DNA of 64,000 nucleotides from an uncultured Candidatus Entotheonella sp. (GCA_965217185.1 OZ244252.1:928001-992000); one strand, 5' to 3'. Shown: positions 11,231-20,771, counted from the stretch's first letter. A program made the numbers and translations. The notes: generated from the letters alone by a model not told the origin.

Positions 11231-11261
11231 TTGTCCTTCCCCTTGTAACCGGATTGGTGTC

Positions 11262-12548
11262 TTATCCGTCATTACGACTGAGCACATCCAGACCGCACCG
11301 CTGGCACAGGGGCATTGCTTCCAGAAAATTTCCTGCCAGCACTGGTTCTGTTGCCGGACGGTCGCACCACCAACACGGCTCCCCATATTGATACAGCGCT
11401 TGGAGCAGGGCTATCAACTCCGGGTGGTCGCGCCGCCGCACCCTGCCCTTTTGCTCGAAACGCTGCCGCAGCGCCAGCAGCCGTTCCCGGCGGTGCTCAC
11501 TCGAGCCCTCGAAGGCCAATTGCACGGCTTCGTATTGACGCCGGGCAATGCGGCGCTGACCGCGTTCGATGGTATAGGCCAGCAGAAACGGCACGGCGAA
11601 GACCGATACGAAGAAATAGAGGATGAGTCCCGCATAGGTGGCAAGGCTGGTGCCAAAACGCCGCAACCCGGCGATGAATCGCTGGCCGGGTTCGTCGGTC
11701 GCGTCGCAGGCGTGGAGCGTTTTCATGTAATGTTCGGCCGCGTCGGGATTGAGGATGCCTGCGCCGAGGCTCCGGCCTGCGCCGGTAACCGGATCCGCCG
11801 TGCGAGTGAGGGCCTTCAGGCCGGTCCGGGGCGTTGTGCAGGGCGTGTCCAGGAGGAGTTGTCCGAGCACCCCGGCGACCATTGGACTGGCAAACGAGGT
11901 GCCGCTGGCCATACCCATCTGCAACGGGCTTCTGACGAACTGCCAACCCGGCGCGCACAGGCTGACCCAGGTGCCGTAGTTGGAATAGGCCGCTTTTTCC
12001 CGGCTGTGTCGAGTGCTTGAACAAACGCCGACCACTTCCGGCAGTGCTGCCGGGTAAAAGGAATCGTCCCGGTCGTCGTTGCCCGCCGCGGCGATGAAAA
12101 TCAAACCGGCGCCCCGCATCCGACGCACTTGCGTGTGCAAGATCTCGTCATAGGCATAACTGCCCAGGCTGACGTTGACCAGGAGCGTCGTCCCGGCATC
12201 GTACTGGCGGCTGAGATCGTCGATATGCAGCAGCGCCTGCACGATGTTGCGCGAGCTGAGGTCGCCGTGCAGGTTAATGGGCAGGGTCGTGCAGAGGGGG
12301 CATTGCCGTTGGATGACGCTGCGCACCTGCGCCCCATGCGTGTCGAAGGCGTCCTGTGTGTCCACCACGAAGGTAACCACCTGCTGGCGCGTGGACGCCA
12401 CGCTGGCGGGTGCGTCTTCATCGCTCGGCGCGGGCGGCGACAGCGGTATCCCGAAGAGCCCCGTGAGGGCGAGCCAGCCGGCGGTAATCACGGCACCGTA
12501 GATGACCGTCCGCCGGTGCCGTTTGTAAGGGGACTCCTCCGCAGTCAT
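11262..12548 (-). CDS. Membrane-anchored S8 subtilase-like protease with C-terminal TM helix and CxxC...CxxC tail
   Basis: FVVDT (Asp), THGAQV (His), AAAGND (oxyanion Asn), SGTSFASPMVAG (Ser); two hydrophobic helices. Confidence 0.8.
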   Translation of the reverse strand: MTAEESPYKRHRRTVIYGAVITAGWLALTGLFGIPLSPPAPSDEDAPASVASTRQQVVTFVVDTQDAFDTHGAQVRSVIQRQCPLCTTLPINLHGDLSSRNIVQALLHIDDLSRQYDAGTTLLVNVSLGSYAYDEILHTQVRRMRGAGLIFIAAAGNDDRDDSFYPAALPEVVGVCSSTRHSREKAAYSNYGTWVSLCAPGWQFVRSPLQMGMASGTSFASPMVAGVLGQLLLDTPCTTPRTGLKALTRTADPVTGAGRSLGAGILNPDAAEHYMKTLHACDATDEPGQRFIAGLRRFGTSLATYAGLILYFFVSVFAVPFLLAYTIERGQRRIARRQYEAVQLAFEGSSEHRRERLLALRQRFEQKGRVRRRDHPELIALLQALYQYGEPCWWCDRPATEPVLAGNFLEAMPLCQRCGLDVLSRNDG

Positions 12549-12571
12549 GGTTGCATGCGGCGCCGGGTAGG

Positions 12572-13354
12572 CTAAACCACCGCGCCAGCTCCCCCATCGA
12601 TATTGACCGCGGTGCCGGTGATGAACGCGGCGCGGGCCGAGGCCAGGAACGCCACCAGGTCGGCGACGTCCTCCGCCTCCCCGATACGGCCGACTGGGGT
12701 GCGCTTGCCGACTTGCTCGTAATACGCCTCCAGGGACATCTCCGGCGCCTCAAGCTGGTGACGGCGTTCCCATTGCGCGCTTTTCAGAATGCCCAGGCAG
12801 ATCGTGTTCACCAGGATGTTTTCCGGGGCGTACTCGGTGGCCATGGATTTGGTGAGGTTGATTCCGGCAGCGCGGCTGACGGAGGTGGGAAGGGCCTTCT
12901 GGCCGGGGGCTTTGCCGCCGATCGTTGTCATGTTGATGATGCGTCCGCCGCCGCGCTGGCGCATGAACGGAATGGCGGCCTTGGAACAGCGGATGGTGCC
13001 GAACAGCTTGATTTCCAGGTCCTCGCGCCACAGGTCGTCGTCCGCGTCGAGGAACCCTTTGGCGCGCGAGCCGCCGGCGTTGTTCACCAGAATGTCGATG
13101 CCACCGTAGCGCTCGACGGTTTTGTTGATGAGATTGGCGACCTCATCATCGCTGCAAACGTCCGTCGGCACCGCCAGCACCTCAACGCCGGTTTGCGCTT
13201 TGACCATGTTGGCGGCTTCCTGCAGCACCTCCGGGCGACGCGCGCAGATGGCCACGTGGGCCCCTTCCTCACACAGCCGAACGGCGGAGGCCCTGCCGAT
13301 GCCCTCGCTGCCGCCGGTAATGACCGCCACCTTGCCTTCCAAGCCCAGATCCAT
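12572..13354 (-). CDS. SDR family oxidoreductase (atypical active site, TSVSR in place of YxxxK)
   Basis: TGGSEGIG, NNAGG, FITGTAVNIDGG. Confidence 0.92.
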   Translation of the reverse strand: MDLGLEGKVAVITGGSEGIGRASAVRLCEEGAHVAICARRPEVLQEAANMVKAQTGVEVLAVPTDVCSDDEVANLINKTVERYGGIDILVNNAGGSRAKGFLDADDDLWREDLEIKLFGTIRCSKAAIPFMRQRGGGRIINMTTIGGKAPGQKALPTSVSRAAGINLTKSMATEYAPENILVNTICLGILKSAQWERRHQLEAPEMSLEAYYEQVGKRTPVGRIGEAEDVADLVAFLASARAAFITGTAVNIDGGAGAVV

Positions 13355-13370
13355 AACGTCTGTTCCTTAT

Positions 13371-13460
13371 GTAGATCGGATTAGCGAAGCGTAATCCGAC
13401 ATTCGACCGCGCCACACGGGCTTCTTCTGTCGGATTACACCTGCGGCTAATCCGACCTAC
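13371..13460. repeat. GTAG-type REP doublet (REPIN-like inverted pair)
   Basis: GTAGATCGGATTAGCGAAGCGTAATCCGAC ... GTCGGATTACACCTGCGGCTAATCCGACCTAC. Confidence 0.8.
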
Positions 13461-13550
13461 TTCATCGGCGAAGTATATCACGCTGGATTGGAGCGAATCG
13501 TAGAGACAGGGGCCTTGGGGACAACGGGTGGGAAGCAATGAACGCGGGGA

Positions 13551-13576
13551 GCCGGAGGCCCTTGCGAGCCCCCGGC
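13551..13576 (-). terminator. GC-rich hairpin with GCAA tetraloop downstream of the SMP-30 gene
   Basis: Minus strand GCCGGGGGCTC-GCAA-GGGCCTCCGGC; no strong U tract. Confidence 0.45.
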
Positions 13577-13601
13577 AATCTGCCAGACATTCAGGGCAGG
13601 T

Positions 13602-14681
13602 TTACGGCAATTGATAACCTTCCTTGCCAACGCGGATGCGGTACAGGCTCTTGCCCGAGGTCACGTACAGCAGGTTGGCGTCCTCGCCGCGGCCAAAGCC
13701 GACATTGGTAGGCAATTCTTCGCCCGTCGAGATGAAGGCCAATTCGTTGCCTTGCGGATCGAGGACTTGCACGCCGGCGTGCCACTCGCAGCGCGACGCC
13801 ACCCAAACGTTGCCGTCCACGTCAGCCACCATGCCGTCGGGGCCGCCGCACGGCGGGTCGAGCTTGGCGTAGTCGATCAGCACGCGGCGGTTGCTCAGGT
13901 TGCCGTTGTCGTCCACGTCATAAGCCTGCAGCAGGTGCGGGCCTTGCACGGGGCTTTCGCCCTCCTTGAGGTTCTGGAACTCGAACCAGCCGTTGTCGTT
14001 GCTGACGATGTACATCGTCTTCTGGTCCGGGGAAATGAGGATGCCATTGCACTTGGCGCAATTGGCCGCCGCGCGCGTCACGGTGCCGTCCGGATCGAGC
14101 CGGTAAGCGGCATAGCCGTCTTGGAAGATTGGCTCGTGGCCCAGGTAGCGCGGATCGGTGAAATAGATGCGCCCTTTTTCATCGATGGTGATGTCGTTGA
14201 GCGCGTTGTAGGAACGCCCGTCGTAACGGCCAGACAGGATATAAGTTTTGCCGGTCGACATGTCGGTCTTGATGAGCATGCGGCCGCCGTAATCGGCGCC
14301 CAAGGCGGCGATCATGTTGCCGTCGCGGTCGAACTTGATGCCGTTCGACATACCCGACGGGCTACGGAAGACTGACGATTCGCCGGTGCTGGGATCGAAT
14401 TTCCAGATGTTGCCGGCCTGCAGGTACTGGCCCGAGGGGTCCTTGCAGAAGGCCGTGAAGGTGATGTCGCTGAAATACATCATGCCATCGTGACCGGCGG
14501 CTACGCCCTCGGTGAGCATGCAGCCGCCGTCGAACACGCGGTCGAGACGGGCATCGGGCGGCACGAGTGAGGGGTCGCCGGAGGGTGCCGGAAAGCCCGG
14601 GTCATCGGCGTACGCGGCGGAAACCATGAGCAGCGCGCCCAGCAGTGCGACGCCCCAGCGGATAGGCCGTAAGGTCTTCAT
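13602..14681 (-). CDS. SMP-30/gluconolactonase family exported protein
   Basis: Signal peptide; TEG, FSDI, SNG, LND, FTDP, CNG, PDGM, PTN beta-propeller motifs. Confidence 0.92.
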   Translation of the reverse strand: MKTLRPIRWGVALLGALLMVSAAYADDPGFPAPSGDPSLVPPDARLDRVFDGGCMLTEGVAAGHDGMMYFSDITFTAFCKDPSGQYLQAGNIWKFDPSTGESSVFRSPSGMSNGIKFDRDGNMIAALGADYGGRMLIKTDMSTGKTYILSGRYDGRSYNALNDITIDEKGRIYFTDPRYLGHEPIFQDGYAAYRLDPDGTVTRAAANCAKCNGILISPDQKTMYIVSNDNGWFEFQNLKEGESPVQGPHLLQAYDVDDNGNLSNRRVLIDYAKLDPPCGGPDGMVADVDGNVWVASRCEWHAGVQVLDPQGNELAFISTGEELPTNVGFGRGEDANLLYVTSGKSLYRIRVGKEGYQLP

Positions 14682-14871
14682 CGTTCTCTCCTTCCAATGG
14701 GACCGAGTTTTGAGTCTCGATCAGTGGGACATTATGGGCATTCCCCTTTCCTGCTCCCTCAGAGGGGGAAGGAAAAAACCAGTGCCAGACTTGATCCGAG
14801 TGTCCAGAATGAGGGGGAAATGCAAGGGGAGTATAAGTTTTGCCAGCCTGGGTATCAATTATCATTTCAGG

Positions 14872-15687
14872 TTAGTGCATGACGTAGCCACCGGCGACAT
14901 TGAGCGCGATGCCCGTGACGTTGTCCGCCTGCGCTAGGTAGACGACCGCCTCGCCGATGTCGTCGGGGGTCTGCGGGCGGCCCAGCGGCATCAGAGTCTT
15001 GGCATATTCCTGGAAGGCCGCCTCTCGGTCCTCCCCTACCTGCTCCGTGCGTTCAGCCAGCATGACATCCAACCACATGGTGGTACCGAGAATACCTGGG
15101 CACACAGCATTGACCGTGATGTTGTGCGCCGCCGCCTCGTGTGCCAGGGACTGCGTGAAGCCGACGACGGCGAACTTGGAGGCGCAGTAGGCCGACATGC
15201 GGGCAGAGCCGCGCTTGCCGGCAATGGAGGCGGTGTTGATGATGCGGCCCTGGCGCCGCTTGATCATGCCGGGAAGCACCGCCTTGCAGCCCAGGAAGAC
15301 GCCTTTGACGTTAACGTTCATCATGGCATCCCACTGCGCTTCGGTGGTTTCGGCGACCGTTCCGGTGTCGATGACGCCGGCGTTGTTGCAAAGGATGTCG
15401 ATGGGGCCGAGTTGCTGCGTGACGGTGGCTACTATCGCTTCCAACTGAGCCATATCGGTCACGTCCACGGGCACGCCGACGGCGCGGCCGCCGTGGGCCT
15501 TCAGACCCTCCACGGCCTGCATCACGTCGCGCTCGGCGGCAAATGCGTACCCCGCCGTGCCTTGGCTGGGTGTGTACAGATCGGCTACGGCGACGTGCAC
15601 GCCCTGATGCGCCAAGGCGTGGGCGATGCCAAGGCCGATGCCGCGGGCGCCGCCGGTCACGACGGCCACTTTATCTCGCAAATCCAT
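14872..15687 (-). CDS. SDR family oxidoreductase (carries a cofactor-loop insertion)
   Basis: TGGARGIG, NNAGV, YCASK. Confidence 0.93.
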   Translation of the reverse strand: MDLRDKVAVVTGGARGIGLGIAHALAHQGVHVAVADLYTPSQGTAGYAFAAERDVMQAVEGLKAHGGRAVGVPVDVTDMAQLEAIVATVTQQLGPIDILCNNAGVIDTGTVAETTEAQWDAMMNVNVKGVFLGCKAVLPGMIKRRQGRIINTASIAGKRGSARMSAYCASKFAVVGFTQSLAHEAAAHNITVNAVCPGILGTTMWLDVMLAERTEQVGEDREAAFQEYAKTLMPLGRPQTPDDIGEAVVYLAQADNVTGIALNVAGGYVMH

Positions 15688-15908
15688 AGGATTGACGCTC
15701 CTCTAATGTTCTGTCGGTATCTATCGGGAAAAATTCGGGTCATTCTCCACAACGCAATCCATCCCATCATACCACTCAGGGGCGTCAACCCGTGTGACGC
15801 TCGCCGCGCCGCCTGCAACGTCACACGGTGTTGCACTCTGTCGTCCGATGCCTGAGCGAAGCATTCGAAACGCCTCGTGTCCTGCCGAAAAATCAAGCCG
15901 TCTCGACT

Positions 15909-15925
15909 TTGGCACAGAGATTGCT
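15909..15925 (+). promoter_or_regulatory. Sigma-54 (-24/-12) promoter of the Hsp20 pair
   Basis: TTGGCACAGAGATTGCT matches TGGCAC-N5-TTGC with exact GG-N10-GC spacing, 75 nt upstream of the ATG. Confidence 0.8.
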
Positions 15926-16000
15926 CCTGTTTAGTGGCCGTGGTTGGGACGCCAGGAGGCGCCCCGACGTTGACCATCCCCTTTCTGAAGAAGGAATACG

Positions 16001-16456
16001 ATGATGATAAAAAGTCCTGTGTGGAACGACATCGAGACCCTGTGGCACGAGATGGACAAAGCCTTCACCGGCCTGCGATTCACGTCGCCGGTGGCGGGCC
16101 TGGTGGACCATGCGTTCGGCAGTTACCCGTCGGTGCGGCTGCACGAGGGCCCGGAGGCTCTGTACGTCGAGGCCATGGTCCCCGGCGTCGATCCCGAGAC
16201 CCTGAATCTGTCCGTGGTCCGGCGTACCCTGACGCTGGTGGGCGAGAAACGGCCCCTGCATACGGATACGAACGTCGAACCGAAGGTGTTTCACCGTAAG
16301 GAGCGTTCGGAGGGTAGGTTCGAGCGCCGGTTCACCCTGCCCATTGAGGTGGACACGGACAAGGTGAGCGCCGAGTACACGGATGGCATGCTGAGGGTGA
16401 CGCTGCCCAAATTGGGCCAGGATATGCCCAGGCAGATCAGCATCCAGACGGCGTAG
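16001..16456 (+). CDS. Hsp20/alpha-crystallin small heat-shock protein
   Basis: YPSV, PGV, ER..G.F.R.F.LP, A.Y.DG.L.VTLPK. Confidence 0.95.
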   Translation: MMIKSPVWNDIETLWHEMDKAFTGLRFTSPVAGLVDHAFGSYPSVRLHEGPEALYVEAMVPGVDPETLNLSVVRRTLTLVGEKRPLHTDTNVEPKVFHRKERSEGRFERRFTLPIEVDTDKVSAEYTDGMLRVTLPKLGQDMPRQISIQTA

Positions 16457-16511
16457 TGGCGTGAAGAAACAGCGGCTCAGAACAGAAATCAACCTAAGGA
16501 GGAAACTGGAG

Positions 16512-16910
16512 ATGACCGAGCACAATGTTGCAGTTGCGGAAACATCCAAGGCGACGCCTGCGGCGCTGACGAATGGCCAGCCCGAGCATTACATGTCGCC
16601 GCCGGTCGACATCTATGAAACGGCGGACGGCTTTGCCCTCGTGGCGGACCTGCCGGGCGTGTCGCAGGACAACCTTGAGGTGAGCGTGACCCACAACGTT
16701 CTCACCATCAAGGGGCACGGGCCTCAGAAGCTCCCCGGCAAAGCGCGGTATCAGGAGTTTCAGTTGGCCTCGGTATTTCGCCAGTTTAAGCTCAATAACG
16801 CGTTTAATACGGATCAGGTTGACGCCGAACTCAAGAACGGTGTCCTGCAGCTCCGTATCCCCAAAGCCAAAGCGGCGGTGGCCCGTCAGATCGAGATCAA
16901 GGTTGCCTAG
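16512..16910 (+). CDS. Hsp20/alpha-crystallin small heat-shock protein
   Basis: PPVDIYE, ADLPGV, A.LKNGVL.L.IPK. Confidence 0.93.
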   Translation: MTEHNVAVAETSKATPAALTNGQPEHYMSPPVDIYETADGFALVADLPGVSQDNLEVSVTHNVLTIKGHGPQKLPGKARYQEFQLASVFRQFKLNNAFNTDQVDAELKNGVLQLRIPKAKAAVARQIEIKVA

Positions 16911-17139
16911 CTGACGGCGGAAACCTCCCGGGTAGGGCTCCGTATCCTGCCCGGGAGTTGCCCCTCGCATCCTCCCCGGTTACCAAGCCCGACACATCCC
17001 TCTCCTGTCTTTCCTATCCTTGCACCGGCCTGCTGGCCCCACTAAAATGGCCCCACTTTTGGGTTCTTCTCATGCTGGGTTTCGTCCTCACGCCAACTTT
17101 CTCCAGCCGAGGAGAGAGGAAGCAAAATCGGGAGCCGAT

Positions 17140-17631
17140 ATGTCATCCACTGATACCTTTCTGGCCAACAACGCCCGTTACGCCGAACAGTTTCAAAAGC
17201 AGAACACCCCCTTGCCGCCCGGTAAGCAGACCGCCATCGTCGCCTGCATGGATGCCCGGCTCGAAACGGGTCGCATGCTCGGTCTCGAAGAAGGCGATGC
17301 CCACGTGATCCGCAACGCCGGTGGTGTTGTCACCGATGACGTGTTGCGCTCCCTCGTCATTTCGCAGCGCCTGCTTGGCACTCGGGAAATCATCCTCATT
17401 CACCACACCGACTGCGGCATGCTGACCTTCAAGGACGACGAGGTGAAAGCCGGGATCGAAGCCGACACCGGCCTGCGTCCGGCGTTCGCGCTGGAGGCGT
17501 TCCCGAATCTCGAGGACGACGTGCGGCAGTCCGTGCGCCGCATCCGGGCCTGCCCCTTTATTCCGGTGAAGGATCAGATTCGCGGTTTCGTTTACGACGT
17601 CGAGACCGGCCGCTTGAACGAAGTCACCTGA
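17140..17631 (+). CDS. Beta-class carbonic anhydrase (clade D-like)
   Basis: CMDAR, IRNAGG, HHTDCG, GFVYDV.TG.L. Confidence 0.93.
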   Translation: MSSTDTFLANNARYAEQFQKQNTPLPPGKQTAIVACMDARLETGRMLGLEEGDAHVIRNAGGVVTDDVLRSLVISQRLLGTREIILIHHTDCGMLTFKDDEVKAGIEADTGLRPAFALEAFPNLEDDVRQSVRRIRACPFIPVKDQIRGFVYDVETGRLNEVT

Positions 17632-17719
17632 CAGGGTGCATTCTCCGGCACCATAACCGACCCAATCCGTTGCCAGTGGCATGGTTTCACACCCCAGCCC
17701 AGATAGGAATCCTTAGCTT

Positions 17720-18169
17720 ATGAAGCCCCTGCGTCTCGCCCTTGCCTTGTTTGCCGCTATAACTTTGTGGAATGGTGCCGTTGTTCACGCCACCGCTACG
17801 GATCCCGATTGCGCCTCAGAAGAGGACAAGGTTCCCTGTCTGGCGGCAAAAGGCGACCCCATGGCCATGTATGTGATGGGAAGACGCGCCTACGACGTCG
17901 GCCGGATTTCCGGGGATTTGACGGAGGCGCTGGCGTGGGGAAAAAAGGTGGCTGAGGCAAGACGGCACACCGGCGGGCAATTGCTGAAAATGGTGTATCT
18001 GCAGCTAGGTGAGGGCGTGCACCGTGACTACGTGCAGGCCCACGTCTGGCTGCGTGAAGCCATCGACAGTAGTGAGGCGAACTTGTACCTGATTCCATGG
18101 CTGGAGCGGTTGGAAGCGAAGATGGGGCCGGAACAGATTGAAAGGGCTAAACAACTGGCGGCTAACTGA
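17720..18169 (+). CDS. Exported Sel1-like helical protein
   Basis: Signal peptide; GDP.AMY.MG, GEGVHRDYVQAHVW, M.PEQI..A. Confidence 0.6.
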   Translation: MKPLRLALALFAAITLWNGAVVHATATDPDCASEEDKVPCLAAKGDPMAMYVMGRRAYDVGRISGDLTEALAWGKKVAEARRHTGGQLLKMVYLQLGEGVHRDYVQAHVWLREAIDSSEANLYLIPWLERLEAKMGPEQIERAKQLAAN

Positions 18170-18195
18170 GGAACCACCTGCCGCCGGGAGGAAGA

Positions 18196-18582
18196 CTACG
18201 GCTTGGCTTTGAATTGAGTTTGGATGAACTTGGCCACGGTTTCAATTTCTCGCTTACTCAAGATCGGCTTGAATGTGGGCATGCCTTTGTCTCGCCGGCC
18301 GTTGGTGATGACGGCCACGATTTCTTCGTGATTGAGTTGGGTGTCCCGCAAATTCGCCGCGTAGCCGCCGTAGCTGGGACCGCCGCTACCGTCCTGTTTG
18401 TGGCACGGTACGCACCTGTTGTACAGTCTCTTCCCTTTTCTCAATTCAGCAGCTGCGTCGGCAGTTGAGGTCTGGGACATCGCCGCACCGGGCAGGATGA
18501 CGCAAAAGACAAGTAATAAGCCGAATACCCCAAACTCAGATCTTCCTCGCATACCCATTCCAGATTTCCCGCCTGTCCGCAT
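18196..18582 (-). CDS. Exported monoheme cytochrome c (start could be 18558 or 18552)
   Basis: CVPCH heme motif, distal GMP, signal peptide; directly downstream of the PQQ dehydrogenase. Confidence 0.88.
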   Translation of the reverse strand: MRTGGKSGMGMRGRSEFGVFGLLLVFCVILPGAAMSQTSTADAAAELRKGKRLYNRCVPCHKQDGSGGPSYGGYAANLRDTQLNHEEIVAVITNGRRDKGMPTFKPILSKREIETVAKFIQTQFKAKP

Positions 18583-18648
18583 GTTCGTTTCCTGAGAAAG
18601 TGCGCTGTTTCGGGTTGTGTCCGCTTGTCCGTCAGAAGTATGTAGGCG

Positions 18649-18686
18649 AAAAGAAACGGGTGGACCGAAAAGCCGAGTCCACCCGT
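18649..18686 (-). terminator. Intrinsic terminator between the PQQ dehydrogenase and cytochrome c genes
   Basis: ACGGGTGGAC-N11-GTCCACCCGT followed by TTCTTTT on the minus strand. Confidence 0.7.
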
Positions 18687-18698
18687 CCGGTTCAGGGG

Positions 18699-20525
18699 TT
18701 ACAGAGAGAAGACGTACAGGACGTTGCTGGGAACGGCCTTCTTCAACTCGGGCGTCGAGTCCGTGAACCACTGCGGCCAAGCGCCGCCCAGGCCGACTTC
18801 GATGGCGATGTACTGCTTGCCACCGGCCAGGAACGACATCGGCGGGGCGTTGATACCCGCGCCGGTCTCAAAGCGCCACAGTTCCTGCAGCGTGTCGGCG
18901 TCAAGCGCCACCACGCCACCGTCCGCGAGGCCGGTAAAAACGAGACCGCCGCCCGTGGCCAGCAGGCCGCCCAGCAGCGGGAACTTGGTTTCCCACTTGC
19001 CGCGCACGCTGCCCGTGGACACGTCGATGGCCGTTACGCTGCCGGTAATACGACCGGAAGCCGGGTCTTCAAAGGTGAAGTACGGGGCGCCGCCGAGAAA
19101 CCAATTGCGGCTAGCCGGGTCCCAATTCTTCGGGGCAACCTGGGCAAACGCCTTGTTGCAGCTCTCGATGACAGGGATGTAATACAGGCCGGTGTGTGGG
19201 CTGTAAGCCGTGGGGGGCCAATTCTTGCCGCCCGTGTGGGCCGGGCAGGAAATCCCCTCGACCGCGCCGCGCTCGCCCTCTTCCGTGACACCGCCACGTC
19301 CCGCTGCGGTGCCGGGCACGTAGGTCTGAACGTCCGTGTTGGGGTCGTAAGAGGCTGGCCGGCCGTTCTCGTCCAGTCCTTCCGTCCAGTTTAGCTTCTT
19401 AACGAACTGGGTACCCCAGACGAACTTGCCGTTGCTGCGATCCAGCGCGTAAGCGAAGCCGTTGCGATTGGAGTGCAGCGTCGCGCGGACGTACTGGCCG
19501 TTGATGTTGGTATCGACGAAGGTGTTCTCCGCGATAGAGTCGAAATCGTAGGGATCATTCGGCGTGTGCTGGAATCCCCACAGGAACTTGCCGGTATCCG
19601 CATCCAAGGCAATGGTGCTGTCGGTCCACAGGTTGTCGCCGGGTCGATACGCGTTATCCCAGTCCGGCCCAGGGTTGGCCGTGCCCCAAACCACGATGTT
19701 GAGTTCGGGATCGTAGGAGCCTGTCACCCAGGTGGAGCCGCCGCCGGTCTTCCAGGCGCCGTAGTCGTCCTTCCAGGTTTCATGACCCGGCTCGCCCGGC
19801 CCCGGGATGGTGTGGGTGCGCCAGATTTCCTTGCCGGTGTTCACGTCCAGGGCAGCGATCCAGCCGCGCACGCCAAACTCGGCGCCGGCCATGCCGGTCA
19901 GCACCATGTCCTTCACGACGAGCGGTGCGCCGGTCATAACTTCGGCGATGCCGGGGTCGGCCACCTGGGTTTCCCACAGCAGGCTGCCGTCGTTCTTGTT
20001 CAGGGCGAAAACTCGGCCGTCGATCACTATGCCCAGAACCTTGTCGCCGTGCAAGGCAACGCCGCGGTTGTTGATGCCGCAGCAGGTCACGCTGGGTGCG
20101 TAGTCTTTGTCAGCCTCGGGATTGTACTTCCACATCAGCACGGGCTTGCCGCCGCGCACATCCAGTTTGGTGACCACGCCCCAACCGGTGGTCAGGTACA
20201 GGAAGCCATCTTCCGCGATTGGCGTGCCTTCCAGGCCGGAGAACGGGAAGACGACCGGCGCGGTGCCGCCGCCCTGGATGTCGCCCATGGCCCAGGTGAA
20301 GGCAACCTTCAGGTCGGCGACGTTGGACTTGTTGATCTGCGTGAGGCCGGAGAACCGGTGCGCCTCATAGTTGCCGTGGTGGTTGAGCCAGTTGCCGGGC
20401 TCGTTCTCGCTGTTGACCAGGCGCTCGTGCGTCACGTTCCCCGCCATAGCCGTCATGGCGAAGACGGTCAAGCCGAGCAACACAGCCAAGGCGCCGCGAT
20501 AGGACAATTTACAAACGACGTTCAT
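18699..20525 (-). CDS. PQQ-dependent alcohol dehydrogenase family protein, probably lanthanide-dependent
   Basis: Signal peptide, vicinal CC, GAEFGVRG, GGGSTW, TANPGP, DPYDFD, GGKNW; RBS GGAGGG. Confidence 0.9.
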   Translation of the reverse strand: MNVVCKLSYRGALAVLLGLTVFAMTAMAGNVTHERLVNSENEPGNWLNHHGNYEAHRFSGLTQINKSNVADLKVAFTWAMGDIQGGGTAPVVFPFSGLEGTPIAEDGFLYLTTGWGVVTKLDVRGGKPVLMWKYNPEADKDYAPSVTCCGINNRGVALHGDKVLGIVIDGRVFALNKNDGSLLWETQVADPGIAEVMTGAPLVVKDMVLTGMAGAEFGVRGWIAALDVNTGKEIWRTHTIPGPGEPGHETWKDDYGAWKTGGGSTWVTGSYDPELNIVVWGTANPGPDWDNAYRPGDNLWTDSTIALDADTGKFLWGFQHTPNDPYDFDSIAENTFVDTNINGQYVRATLHSNRNGFAYALDRSNGKFVWGTQFVKKLNWTEGLDENGRPASYDPNTDVQTYVPGTAAGRGGVTEEGERGAVEGISCPAHTGGKNWPPTAYSPHTGLYYIPVIESCNKAFAQVAPKNWDPASRNWFLGGAPYFTFEDPASGRITGSVTAIDVSTGSVRGKWETKFPLLGGLLATGGGLVFTGLADGGVVALDADTLQELWRFETGAGINAPPMSFLAGGKQYIAIEVGLGGAWPQWFTDSTPELKKAVPSNVLYVFSL

Positions 20526-20771
20526 CGTTCCCTCCATTGTTGAACCATACATGTTCTGCCGGACGCCGCGTGCGGTATGACCGTCACTGCCAGCCAGCCC
20601 AACCCTTTGTCCGCAGAGCAAACGAGCGCGGATTCTACCCGAATTGCTGCCGAAAAGCCACGAGAGCCGCCGGGCTTGGCGCTCCACCTTTTGCAGTCCT
20701 TGCTTCAAGGTGTCCTGCACGTATGTATAATGAAAGACATGGGCACTCATAAAACATAAAGGAGGCGCAAC

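Noticed and set aside
15828..15860. CIRCE/HrcA operator upstream of the Hsp20 genes (TTGCACTC)
   Set aside because: Second half-site GAGTGCTAA is missing
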